From Paecilomyces variotii (lineage: Eukaryota): a stretch of DNA of 64,000 nucleotides. The notes under the pieces were generated by a model. It saw nothing but the letters and a program-made list of their open reading frames with translations. It ran no database searches and had not been told where the DNA came from. How positions within the stretch are numbered: the first letter of the stretch is position 1; every line of letters begins with the position of its first letter. Below, one piece after another: positions 38,064-51,751 of the stretch. Position numbers and translations under genes: made by a program. The stretch lies in assembly GCA_004022145.1 (NCBI GenBank), contig RCNU01000005.1. One strand, given 5' to 3'.

Positions 38064-38851
38064 TAATCCAGTTGCACTACTTTCTGGCTTTGTCTTTTCC
38101 TTCTATTCACATGTTCATATGTTCCGATTTTTTGATCCCTAGACGATGAGCGGAAGTGTATTACCCAACTTATTCGTCTTTTTTGTTTGCATTGGGAAAG
38201 GGGATCAACTGTCCAAGATGTGAGGTCTGAAATTGAGACATCTTGAGAGTAGCAGCGCCGCGGCGCGGGACGTGGCTTGGTCCCAGGGGACCTATACACG
38301 GGGACATGTGGGATTCTTATTCTTTTTCTCAGGGGACTACGGAGTGTGTTGGTTGAATTTCAGCGTCTACAGTACCTTGGATTGAGACCGTCCTTGCAGT
38401 GCGCGTCTGTAATAATGATCGTCTTTTCGAGGCTTTTGCTGCCCGGTACCCGTATGCATATTTTTTGACTGCACCGCGTGTTCCAGCCAACAACGTACGG
38501 TACATAATACCCAAAATGAAATTGTTTCCAGTCAAGGTACACGAGAGTATGACTATCCTCGCATTTTATTGAGATGATACCCAATCCTCATCCATATCTA
38601 TAGTATGGCTGGATGAGCGTCAAATGCGGTGCGCCTTATTGGTGCATATACGTTGTCACGTGACATGTAAAACGACACTTGACCTGATTGGCCCACCACG
38701 CCAAGCCCGGCGACTGCCAGCCGTCCGGGGCCGCAGACACGAGAAGAAGCTCCCGGTTTTCGTCGACGACATCTCTCACCTCGACTTCGAGCCTGCACAC
38801 GCCGATTGAGCGACCGTCTCATTCTCCTCTCTCTTTCAGACGCAAGTCAAA

Positions 38852-39852
38852 ATGGTACGTTATCTGTGTCTTTGCAATTGAAGTTCTAGGACGTGAATTC
38901 GGCCGGTCGGCGTTTCGGATGTGATGAGGATGGTTCCAGGGACGTCATCTGCAAACATGTCCTCGGCGACCGGCGCGGGCTGGAAAATGGGATACTTAGA
39001 GGCTATGGCTTCATTCTGTGATGTATTATGGCTGACAAGTGGAACTTCGACATTATAGGTCTTCACACCTTCTCCCCGCCGCCTTGCGGTCTCTACCTAC
39101 CACTCCCCATATGCGCCAAAGTGAGATTTCCCCCGATAGCGTCCCAGTCTATCCCCTCAATCGTGCCCATTGCATACGAAGAATCAGGAACAAGGCCTGC
39201 AACGATTGGTTCATGCCTCTTGTGGAAGAAAATTTGGGACGTTGGTCGGAATATGGCTGTGTGGGACATTATTTGCAAAGCAGGAAGAAGAGACACGAAC
39301 GTGGTGGAATACAGATGGAATATGCCTTCAGGCATGATGTCTTTTGAACATTGACTGACTTCGGACTTTGGTGCGTATAGGTACGCTCCTCAGCCTCACT
39401 TCCACGGCATCACCCCTGGCCATCTCTTCAAGGCGTAAGTATTCCTACTGTCCATTCTGCGTGATTGCTATCAATCGGCTCTTACTGATTGATCTTCGAT
39501 TACAGTGGTACCGTTGCCGCCACCTTCGGTATCTCTGCTGGTATCTTCGCCCTCTTTTTCTTCAGCGAGGTTCCCCGTGTCCGACAGGATATCCTCCAGA
39601 AGGTTCCCGTGCTGGGCGAATACTATGACCGGAGAATCCCCCCGGAGGACAACGTAAGTTCGCCTGTTTCATTCCCTATTGCTTATTATCCCACTGGTCT
39701 GGTTGTACATTGGTTCCAGCGCTCCTTTGTGAGCAGCTTACGACAGTGTCCCGTCGGGAGTCTGCCATGTGCGCATTGGATTACAGTGGGATTCTATCGG
39801 AATTATTCGTATGATTCGAGGGCTTAGCTAACTTTTCTTTCAGCCCTTCTAA
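38852..39852 (+). CDS. QCR10: Cytochrome bc1 complex subunit 10; 5 exons (38852-38854, 39059-39120, 39381-39434, 39506-39653, 39844-39852), 91 aa
   Basis: Spliced reading MVFTPSPRRLAVSTYHSPYAPKYAPQPHFHGITPGHLFKAGTVAATFGISAGIFALFFFSEVPRVRQDILQKVPVLGEYYDRRIPPEDNPF*; all GT-AG junctions keep frame. Confidence 0.88.
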
Positions 39853-40981
39853 ACGCACTGTGCTGTGACTATGTTCAATTGTGGCCGCCTGTGGTATGAG
39901 GGGTTGTATCGCGGGAGAAGCAATTGGATGGGAAGTTCCGTTTGACGTTTCCAGGAAGGAACTGCGCTGTAGCATAGCATGTTTTGAATCGCATATAGAA
40001 ACCTTGTCATATGGCCGCTGTATCTTGCTCGTAGACAGTAATTGCATTCGGAAACATCGCCCAGGTCTCACTACCCCACACGACAAAGACCATTCGAATT
40101 CATCGTCGCCTGTCCCTGGAGCCTCAAAGAACAGTTAGGAAATATACTTCTACTCGCATGGCCTCGGGCTGCTAGCAGAGATAATAAGAGGTACGGGGAA
40201 GCGTATCCCAGTCTTCGAGAAGACGGGCTCTACCCCGTCATGGCAAGTCCAACCGTGGACGAGCAAACGCTTACTTAGACTAAGAATTCGACTAGACACC
40301 CAATAACACGAGCGAGCCCGGGCTTATCTCTGGCCCTGCATCAAGCCGGAAAGTGTGCGTTTATCATTTATCATTATCATCAATATTCCCCGGACGTGAC
40401 ATAACGCCAATGACATTTTCGGTCCTGAATCCTGATAGACAAAACTACCTGGACGATGGAGAACGATAACGGATGTCACAACGCTTGCAGTTGCCCTGAT
40501 GGGCAACACAGCAGGACCAACAAGAACTATCTAAGACCAGGCTTGCCTCTAAGCGCGGGGTGTCATCGTGGTTCATAGCAGAGCTTAACCGGGTCTTTGT
40601 CACTTGTGTATCTTGTGCGGAGAAGCCGGCGGGCAGATCTTGTGCTAGGATGACCCCGTCCGTCACTCCAGATACCACCTCGACATTATCATTCGCTTAA
40701 AAACATTCAGAGGCGCTGTTATCTGGCTGGACATGCCCCTTTTGGTACTCTTCCTGGTATAGCCGCCCGACGTCTGATATCCTACCGGCATGACTCCACA
40801 GGATATCTGGAGTGGCCCCTCGCTGCTAATCTTACACAGACCGGGGGTCATGGCGGACTGGCCTGTGTCATATATACCCAGACGCACTGGATCGAGCTCC
40901 TTTGGAGGAGTTGGTGTAATACTCGTCTTCGACATTGCTGGCCAACGTTAGGACCCTCCAGAGCGGTCGAGGACATCAGAG

Positions 40982-42802
40982 ATGAGCGACATCATCACCT
41001 CGAAGACACACGGTGTATACCGCGACATCAACCATGATCCCGTCACGTCTGTTCTCCCGGACGGGGACGTCCCCATCTCGGACCATCCGATGGACGCAGA
41101 TGAGGAAGTGATTATGGCCCTGGGTTATAGACAAGAATTCAAGCGGGAGTTCTCCCTGTGGTCGACTTTCTGCGTCAGCTTTGCGGTTTTGGGCCTGCTC
41201 CCTTCATTTGCCAGTACTATGTACTATGGTATGTCTCGACATGACGCGTTCTTGGATTCATGGTGGGCGAGATGCTGACTGCTACAGGAATGGGATACGC
41301 GGGCACGGCAGGTATGGTCTGGGGTTGGATAATTGCCATGGTCTTCATCCAATGCGTTGCAATGGCTATGGCTGAGCTGTGCTCTGCTATGCCAACAAGG
41401 TCGGTTTTTCCATTGCAGACGATATAGTGTAGGAATACAACGACTGATATCGTTTAGTGGAGGGCTCTATTATGCTGCCGCCGTCTTAGCTCCCCCTGGC
41501 TGGGGCCCTTTTGCTGCATGGCTCACCGGATGGTCGAACTGGCTGGGACAGATCACGGCTGCGCCCTCTGTCGACTACGCTCTGGCCGCGATGATTCTCG
41601 CTGCAGGGTCAATTACCAACCCGGATTATGTCCCCACGAACTACCAGACCTTCCTTCTGACCACGCTCATCTTGATCATCCACAGCGGCATTAGCAGTAT
41701 GCCCACCGGGTGGATTGCCAAGTTCAATTCGTACGGATCGACCTTCAATATGCTCGCTCTCATCGTTGTCATCATACTCATCCCGGCTGGCACAAAAAAC
41801 AGTCCCAAGTTCTCATCTTCCAAGGAGGTCTGGGGCACTATTACCAATCTGACCGATTTCCCGGACGGTGTGGCTGTATTGATGTCATTTTTGAGCGTTA
41901 TATGGTGTCTGTCGGGATACGACAGCCCTTTCCACCTGAGCGAGGAGTGCTCCAACGCTAATGTCGCTGCTCCCCGTGCCATCGTGTTGACTTCTATCGT
42001 AGGGGGTACCTTCGGGTGGTTTCTTCAACTGGTCGTAGCTTACACCGTCCTGGACATTAACGCGATACTTGATTCAGACCTTGGCCAACCGTGGGCTTCA
42101 TATCTGCTCCAAGTCATGCCTCGGAAGACTGCCCTTGCCATCCTGGCATTGACCATTATCTGCGGCTTCTTCATGGGTCAGGGCTGCATGGTGTCTGCAT
42201 CACGAGTCACCTACGCGTATGCTCGTGACGATTGTTTCCCCTTCTCGACGGTGTGGAAGAAGGTGAACAAGACCACCAAGACGCCGGTGAACGCGGTCGT
42301 GGTAAATTGCATACTGGGAATTCTGATGTGTCTGCTTATCTTTGGTGGTGATGTCGCTATCGGTGCTCTCTTCTCTATCGGCGCCATTGCACAGTTCTTT
42401 GCGTTCGCCATCCCCATCTTCGTCCGGGTCTGTTTCGTTGGAAACCGCTTCCGTCGCGGCCCCTGGCATCTCGGCCCCTTTGGAAAGCCCATTGGCGCTG
42501 CAGGAGTGGCTTTTGTTCTGCTCATGCTCCCGATTCTTTGTCTACCCTCAGCCACCGGCAAGGATCTCACCCTCGATTTGATGAACTGGACATGCGTCGT
42601 CTATGGCGGCCCGATGTTCATCATCACTGTCTGGTGGTTCGTTGATGCAAAGAAATGGTTCAAGGGGCCCAAGGTCAATGTCACTCATAACATCTATGCA
42701 ACAGAGCCAACTACCACAGTAGTCGAGGGCATCGAAGGAGACCAGCCCGGTACGTTGGAATCGACAGGGTCCGATATAGCTCAGGGGCTGGATAAGAAGT
42801 GA
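40982..42802 (+). CDS. APC-superfamily amino-acid/GABA/polyamine permease; 3 exons
   Basis: LGYRQEFKREFSLWSTFCVSF, AELCSAMPTSGGLYY, GYDSPFHLSEEC, SRVTYAYARD, WFKGPKVN. Confidence 0.9.
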
Positions 42803-43533
42803 TTTTTTCTTTCTTAGTTTAACTTTCTTACGGAGTTCCAGTTCTGTATAAGTCAAGTGGGATCGAATATATCATGATTGAAACAAACACATCATAGCAT
42901 AGTAAAAGTTAACGATACAGACCTATGATGAGACCGTATTTTTTTTTTCAAAGCCTCGAATCATATAAGCAAGACTACAGTTTACTCCCCAGTGTTGCTC
43001 CCTCTTCACGCATGCCCCAGCCTCGTTCCTGACGAAGTCTTATCATGCCTTTCTACATGTCTCGGCACATCACATGGTGGTATCGATGCGAACAGCTCAC
43101 CATATGCACTGTACCAAGCCCATCTATTTTAGTACGCTTGTATGTATATTGTCAATAACTCGATAAGACACTTTATACCTAGCTAAATACGCAAAACAAT
43201 CAAGGGGTTCAAACGCTGTGTAATATTAACGTAGGAGGTGTGACGACATTATAAGCATAATGTACGGATTCTAGCATATTTAACCATATATATACATACA
43301 CTACAGTGACTATATAGTGTTGGTTAGTTAGTTAGCTGCTATTAGGAGGTGATGTAGTAGCAGTCCCTTTGCTTTTGAAACTTATTTATTTATTTGGCTT
43401 GGTATTTCGATATATACATACATTAGTCTAGGTCCGTATTATGTTAATTCTTGGATCGTAGGATGGATGGAATATAGAGGCTAGTCTTATTTCTAGCTGG
43501 GATGAGGAATAAGTAAGAGGAGATAAAGAGGGA

Positions 43534-43600
43534 TTGGTATTTGGTATTTGGTATTTGGTATTTGGTATTTGGTATTTGGTATTTGGTATTTGGTATTTGG
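43534..43600 (+). repeat. (TTGGTAT)n heptamer tandem repeat, about 9.5 copies
   Basis: Directly visible perfect tandem array. Confidence 0.95.
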
Positions 43601-46600
43601 GTATTGATGATATGGAGTCGGTGGGGTGTGTAGATGTTGTGTTTCTTCTTCTTCTTCTTCTTTTTTAGATTTGTGGTTTCTTATGTTAAATGGCGTAATG
43701 GGTGGGAAATTGAGGGGTCAATTCAATTTTCTTCTATTTACTATGAGCAGCGGGGGAATAGAGAGACAATTTATTATCTACCTGGAATAGAACTTTCGTT
43801 GATTTCTCTAGAAGGGTGAGAAAAGTATCTAGATGACACTTTGTGCAATTCCTGAGGTTATCGATGCTCTTGAGAGTTTCGATGAATAGATGCAGTTATT
43901 GAGTTAGGTGAAAATCATAGGGATAGGAGTAAGGTTATGTTTTGGCCTATCTTTTTATTCGTATCTTCCAACATAATATAAGGACGGAAGCGAATATCTA
44001 GATGCTACTGAAGATACTATTAGTGACAGTGTGGAATACAGTTTACTTATACTTGGAATTGAGATATATTCCTTCCTCTTCTCCCTTTTTGATCTGATCT
44101 ACCGTCGTCTAAGTAAAGGCATACATATACTTGGCGTTTCACCTCTTTCTTCCATGGTCTCTGCATGATCACACTCGTGATATTAGAATAGGAACAGTAG
44201 ATTCAAATCTCTTACACTAATGCATGGCTAACATATAACTAATTATCCCCGTACACGATAAAGCTTATCATGATCAGAAACAGAATACATCATGGGGATA
44301 TCCACAGTGGATATGAAATCAGTACATCTCTAGCTTGGATGGACAACATGTTGATGAGGATGCTGTTGGTCTCATGAAACAGTACAGTTTTGTCGACACC
44401 TTGTTATGCCTTCAAGTTTGGTCGGGTCGAGCGAGATATTATACCCTCAGATGATACTTGGTAAGGCTTTGTTGTACGTGAGCAGTCGAGAACAAATAGC
44501 AGGACGATAAGCTATAGGCCGGGTCGATTCCTATATCTAAGAGATAGATTGCAAGTTATACCACCGAAAAAAAAAATCCCATAGATATTTAAAAGTAAGA
44601 AAGTAAATCCACAAGTCCAGCTAATGATAAGATATGGCCTGTCCTCATCACCCACCTGTAGTCTATGCAAATACTTACCTACAACTTGATATCAGACATA
44701 ATCTCTCCATAAATACAATATCTAGATATACTACATCCCCTACAACAAAAACCCTTGCTCTACTATTGCCAGTCCACAGTCCAGGTTGTTCTAGATGTAG
44801 ATCCCCAGTCTCCAACTCCAGCTCGACTGGACCTAGAGATCGGGGATTTTCTTTCTTGTAATCTCGATCTGGAATAGATGGATCTCGTTTCCTGATCATG
44901 TGGGGCAAGATATATATTTATCAACTGGCTCATCTGGGAGCGGTGGGGAAGTTAGCAAAGTTCGGTAAACTGGGGAATAATTGCGTGGAGTACGGAGTAA
45001 GTATGTATACTTATGCACGCATGCGGATTTGGTTTTAGGGCTGTGGACGCAGCTTGTTGTTATAGCGTGGGGGTGGAGATGTGTGACTTGAGTCCGGGGA
45101 AGGTTTCTTTGTAGGGCTTGGGTGATCTATGGATGCGTGGTGTTTTGATGGTTGATGGGGTCTATGGTATAGGTGATTTTTGGGAGGGAAGAAGCGATAG
45201 TGTGCTTCTAGAGTGTGTCCTGTGTGGTTATTATTGACTATGTAGTTCTGAAAAGTTAGATGGTACTTTTTTTTCTCTGTACCTTAGTAGTAGTGTGGTT
45301 CTAAGTAAGTATTTACATGGCATTTCTGTATGTAGCTTTTCGTATTGTGTTAGGTTGAGAGACAGAGATGCTCTGGACAGTTATACATATTCTGCATAGA
45401 TACTCGATATCCAAAGCCCGAGAAAACACCCAGACGACAAAACCGTAGCGTAATCGCCTGTATCATACCAAAAGCACGCCTCCAAAGACAAGCTGCATAT
45501 AGTGTTCTCGAAAACATCTAGCACTACTAACGCTCGCAGTGTCAAAAGTACGGTGTCCACCCGATCGTGGAGCTGGATGGAGCATCTGCTCCATACTTAG
45601 ACCAGGGGATAAAGTGGCACCAAAGCAGATGCGGATCTGGCCCCCAAGAACCACCCTCACCCACAGTCTTGGGACTGCACTCTAAAAGGTGGTCTCCATA
45701 TTCCTAAAGCACGATGACTCCATAATCTGCCTGAAAATGGGGAACATGGTCAGCCACATCAGATCTTATCTAGACTACTGGGTCCGCGGGCTAGCTATTT
45801 ATCATACGAGGGGTCTCTCTGCTTGTCTGGTTGGAGATGGATGTTTTCAGACCCCGGATTTCGTGTCGATAACGACCAATATTGATTAGAAGGGACCTGA
45901 ACACACGGTCGCGATCTGATTAGGGGGGACGGAGCGGCTCTAGCAAGGGGATATATAGCTGTGATTTGACTCGTGCATTTTGCAGTATGTAGAACGTGAA
46001 CTCAGCACACAAAAGCCGGTTTTAAGCGTAGCGAAAATGTTCAAGTTCTAGAACTGTGCTACTTGGCAGCTCATAAGTGAGCCTTCAGCTATTGGGATGA
46101 TTGTTTACTCGAAAACCAGGGCATGATAGGTCAAAAGACAAATGACTCGGCGATAATTACCGGTGATCCTTTATACAAGTACGTCTCGACCGAGAAGACC
46201 GCAGCCGAGACTTGATTTAGAATGCAGCCACGGCGCAAGGTCGGGGCAAGTTTTGCCATGTGTTGACTGGTCTGTACGCTCGCTCATCGTCCGGCATATT
46301 ACTTATCACGAGAGGATGACCGATACGATCGCATTCTCTCGGAGTAGATAGCACTGGGAAATCCAGCAAGAGATACCGATTCACACGTGGTCATGGCGCC
46401 CGTCGAGAGTGGGAGGGACAGCGGCCGTCGCAGCAGCCCGCAGCGTGCCCGTATCGCGATGGGGACCGGCCAGGCGGATGTAGTTGCAAGATATGGGACC
46501 ACAACGGGCGATCGTAACCGCTTGACTATCTAAGGGATGGTAAGCTTCGAGCAGAGGGGCTGAAACTTGCATGTTTCAAAAGAAGGTTCAATAATAACAA

Positions 46601-49600
46601 CCATGGTGATAAATTGATCGCGCGGCATGATTGTCAAAAGGGAAGGTCAAAGAAATTGGCCTCACAGGATCATTCCTCGAGACACAAGGGTGATGAAAGA
46701 GACATGGGAGCGAGTACTATGACGCGGCCGGTTCGCAATAATCCCAGGGGTGCTGTTTCAATTACCGGTTGCAGGAGGGCCAGTCAGCCACAACAAGTAT
46801 TGGAGTGGTAGTGTAGTAGTATATCGGAATATCCGCATCCATGGCACGAGTGTCTAGGGGTGAGAAGCGGCATGTCTCTGCCAGTGAAGTTATCCGGGTG
46901 ACGACGATCACGAAGCCAAGGCGAGGCTGGACTTCTCTCTCTGTGTAAGACCAAACTCAAATGGGCGGCAGACGTGGTGGGATGCCGGTGCTTCTCCTTT
47001 GGAATGCCATGTATTCTGTATACCTGCCAATAATAGAAATCAGAAGGAGAGAGCATTTATGGTCCGTACTTGTGTTCAAGGCTAAAGAAGCTGGACGGAC
47101 TGCCGATTGCGGTCATGTCCAACAGATGTGAGGTCTGTGGCGCATGAGAGCTGCAGCAATAACATTAACGACTCTGAAGTGAGCTGTTGACTGATCCGAG
47201 AGCTTGTTCGGAAAGATCACCCAATTTTGGTTCCGGACAAAATGGTCCTTTTGAGATATTATTTGATCTGATTACATGACATTATCATTATCATTTGTCC
47301 TTCTCCGCGGGAAACAACAGGATAGATAACCGATACTACTATCGGGCGGAGAGAGACTCACCATCACCATGCAACCCTAGCCCTAGCCCTAACACGCGAT
47401 TCCTTCCTGAATAGGCCAAAGGTCTGTCCTCGAGTGCCGAGTCAATCATCATAACCATAACTACTTACCAGCCTCTCGAGAAAGTAGTAAGAATAATCAA
47501 TGATCTACGAGTCTGAAGTGCATCTGCGACCTCACTTATCCGCACGCACGCTACTTCTGTGTCCTCCCCCTGCGCCAAACACGCTAGCAAAAAGAAGCTG
47601 TCGCACCCAATGATAATGACAGGTTGTCTTCCTTGTCCCTCCGTGTCACTTTACATCCCCGCGGACGGGCACATTCGGGCAACGCAATGTGATAGAACTG
47701 ATGCTGGTTTCAGTGGTCCATTGACGGTGCATACTCGAGGCCATCAAATGGGCGTCAACTGAATGTTCTTCTTTAAAAAAAAAGACAGGTCAACAACAAC
47801 TACAACAACAACAACAATAATGATTCAAGCTGGCTTCGAGAACAACGATCGATGCGTTGAAGAGGTCCCACTCCCCGCTCTGAGCCATCAAAGCCAGCGC
47901 GTATCTATCTCAGATTGCCGTTATGGGTCTATCCGCATCGGGGGATTTATTTATTCTCAACCTTCTGGGTCTCTGCATACTATACAGTCCCTGATGCAAA
48001 GAGGACAGTAGCAGATGGATGCCAGAAGCCCCGACACTGTACCTTCTACGCTATAGAAGCAGTCAATATTCGGAGGGACGAATTCGTAACAACACGCAAG
48101 AGTCGGTGACTTTGTTTGGTTAAGCTCACGTGGTTCTCGGACCGAAGGAGCTCTCTGTTTTTGGAAAAGCGGACAAGATTTTGGACTGTTCGAAGACCCT
48201 CTTGCCGGAGGCTTTGACGCCACGAAGCCGCTTAGGTGACACGCTATAAGAGCCAAGTCGCAAGATTTCGGCTTAGTGGCCTCTCAGAACCGTGCCGTTG
48301 GCTCGGGGTGGCAAGGTTGGAGTTGGCGAGGCTGAAGAAAGGGCCAGTAAGGAATGTGTACCCGCGATTATTGCTGATGACTTGCAGGGAAAGCCACGCA
48401 AAAGGGCTAGTGTCTGGACTCGTAAGAAAGAAACTCGCTCATGTCGGTATGTAACACTGGTCGGCGATCAAAAACACTCTCGAGGATGAGTTTCGTCATG
48501 GTGCCGAAAGATACTATCGATACTACTACCGAAACCGCGCTGAAATGGCTATGAGAGCTGACGCTCTTATTATCATTACTGTTCGTCGTGTTTACCTGAA
48601 ACGGTGAGCCTCTGAGAGTAGCGATAAACCATGCCGGATCAGATAACTGACGGATCTTCGACAAGGGTCTGCATTTCAAGTCCTGACAGCGTCGATGGTG
48701 GTCCACTTTCGAAGCGGGAGAAGCCTTGAGGAAATCTCCATCCGGCGGAGACGATGGACCTGCGGTGGGCACGCGCCAAAACCGAATTCCCAGCAATGGC
48801 GAAAAATACTGGTTTCTAGAGGTTGAAGCTATCCATGATGGGCCGCTTGTCCCTGACCGTCCCTGACCTGAAGAAGAGCGAAGCCATGATCGCCATCATC
48901 TGCGGAGCAAGCCACCAAGATCGACCCGATGGCTGCGGCAGTGTTCGATGTTGTTGTTTACCAAGCTCATATGGGGTTAACTACGGTTTCTTCCTTGCTT
49001 TCCTTTTTCTCTCAAAAGGACACGTTTCTGCGACGAGATTAATATGACCAGTTGATAATAATAATATGTCGATATGCCTCTTCCGTCACGGTGGCAAATT
49101 GCGACTACGAAATCGGAGGCTGTTGAGGGAAAAACTGACCACTTGTTCACAGTAATAATAGTAATCCTGTGTGTCAAGGAATTCCTTACTGGACAGACGC
49201 AAGTTAGTGTGCGTGGAAATCGCGGCGCTGGGCCGAGGCTTACCGGCTTGGCGGATGTCGCGTGGGCAGGTCGGCCGTGGATATAGGGACTCCGAGCGTG
49301 CCCATATGTCTCGAGAGGACCTTTGGGGACGGGCTGGCGCGGATGGTTACCAACCCGCGGCATATTTGATATTATTATTATTATTATCCATTTAGCGTTT
49401 GTCTTATTGTACCATCGAAGGCGACGAGACTGCAGAAAAGAGATCACTAGCTGATGATCTGCTCAGTTGAGATAATGCCTGTCACATCGCACATGGGGAT
49501 ATCTCCTATATCTAGTATGATCTATCTCTCCAGTTCGGAGACCTCTACTGGGATATGGATGGGGATTCCTCGCGAGCTATGCGGTTTGCACTGCAGCTCG

Positions 49601-51701
49601 ATTCAAAAGCATATGGCAAAAGGCGGTTTCACTAATGCTCGCGCCTATGACGAAAGAGCGCGCCAGCCGTTGAGACCGGACCCTGGACGGCGAGCGACGC
49701 CGGCAAATGTGGCCTTGTCTGCTGCAGTTAGAAATGTTGGGAACTGCCGCCGGGATCGGGGCTATATGAGACACAGCGCGCTTTTCTCGGCTTGTACGTT
49801 TGTTTAATACGCCACAGAGATTTTCACTTTTTTTTTCCCGGAGGGGGGCGTTATCCGTAATATATTATTTTCTATTATTATTATTTGTTATCCTTTCTTT
49901 TGGTTAAGCTGGGAACGCTGCCATAATAATTGCTGCCAGCATATACTGATAATAATAATTATCCAGTGGCTAGGCGATAAAGGTGTACAAACACATCGGA
50001 ATATTTCCACTAGCCGGTGTGATACACATGGCCTGACCCGATCGAGACCCTCGACAGTGCAGCTTGATCACCGCTCTTGACCGCTGTGGTTGGATGTGTA
50101 GGCGTTTTACCTTTGCCAATGCAGCATGCATCCAGCACTCTGATTCTATTCCAATTTCCAACCACGTACGCTACTGAGCATTGGACGCAGCTAGATGTCT
50201 CGAAGATGATGATAGTGCTACCCTTCGATGGCGACGGTCCTTCTTTTTTCAGACTCGCGCGTTCAAGTATGAATTGGTTCCTTTCATGGGGTTGTTCGAG
50301 TGACCTGGCGGTGTGGTATTATTGATGCCTCCTCCGACCTCAAGAGGATATAACCGTCCGTGCTAGTGGCATTCTGGAACGCTACAAAATTGTGGCCGCC
50401 TGATGACGAACAACGCAAGCATACCGGACTAATATAAGCTTCGAGGGCCTTTTTCCAGCTAGGAATCTGAGTCTGTGATCCTCGCCGACCTACTACTACT
50501 ACTACTACCCGCCGTTCCCCGGTGGTATCAACCCGTTTCGGGAGCAGATCTCCTCCCATCTGCCTCCTGTACGGAGTAGCATTCAGCCAGAGGTCAAATC
50601 GATCGGGACGGAGGTCGAATGATAACCCCAGGATGATCCTGGAAGGGACAGATATCCGGCAGATCCTCCAAAGAGGCCCAGCAAGCACAGGGGGGGCCGC
50701 GATTAGTTTAGAGTACTAGAGTACGTAGAGAACGGTGAACCTGGCTGGCGTCTTCGGCCCGGATGCAGACAGGATCCAATGGGCAGCAGTGATGGTGAGA
50801 GTCTGGACGCAGCAGCTCATCAGAAAGGAATTGGAATCCGACCAGCAGCGTGATGCCAGCAGTAACTGGACAAGTTAGAGTTGATATGGAACAATCCGAC
50901 GGGCAGGGATGGGGGGACTAGACTAATAATAACAATCATCCATCTCGAGAAATACGTACCTCGAGTGAGTTGCTTTCTCCTCATCTCCTCACGAACCACT
51001 GACGACAAGCCCGCTGTTCTCGTCTCTTTTCCCACTCTTCCGCCCCTCCACCAGATCTCCCCTCCCCTCCCCCTCGGTCGCGTTCTGGTTTTCCCCTCGT
51101 CGCGTCTCCTCCTCCGCAATCCTTCCTAGACTAGATACTGTATCAGTGTATCTAGCCTCGTAAGACCAAAAACAGAGTGTGTCCGGCACGGGACGGGATA
51201 GCCCAGCGATCCCAGCGTCCGGAGAGAAGAAAGAACCGCAGCAGATTTGTTATTTATTATTATTGTTCATTAACTATTACTTACCATAATTACTTGTACT
51301 GATACCAAGCCAGTGGGTGTTCGACAATTACTTCCGTTGTCATCGATCAACAGCAATGCCAATGCAGCATGATCTTAGATAGAATTCCGCATCCGTCTTT
51401 TTTTGTTTGGTAATCAATCCATATCCATATCGATATCCATAACCATAACTATCCATAATAATAATCCATAATCCATGATCCATTATTCATATCTCTTGTG
51501 GCATCTAAGTATGTTGTAGTAGTAACTAAGTACCGTTGAAGTACACTTGCGTCACCAAAGTGCGGCCAGGGTACGAGCCGGGTACCTCCCGTGCTTGTTC
51601 CTGTTGTGAAGTACCATAACTTGTTGGGCACACGGCCTGTGCAGCTTACAGCCACATCCCCTCCCCCCCAGCAAAGCACAACAATCTCCAATAATCTCCA
51701 T

Positions 51702-51705
<4 letters not shown>

Positions 51706-51750
<45 letters not shown>
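51706..51750 (+). repeat. (TC)n microsatellite in the C2H2 TF upstream region
   Basis: About 20 TC units. Confidence 0.9.

Positions 51751-51751
<1 letters not shown>

Noticed and set aside
38921-39035. Possible box C/D snoRNA in qcr10 intron 1 (GTGATGA ... CTGA)
   Set aside because: The CTGA coincides with the probable branch point, no terminal stem or rRNA-complementary guide was recognised; a snoscan search would be needed
43534-43600. Regular repeat considered as CRISPR-like
   Set aside because: Perfect 7-bp tandem with no spacers, in a eukaryotic genome
47373-47392. AACCCTAGCCCTAGCCCTAA telomere-like repeat, considered as an interstitial telomere or telomerase RNA template
   Set aside because: Only three imperfect units; not a clean TAACCCTAA-type template; no supporting structure identifiable by eye
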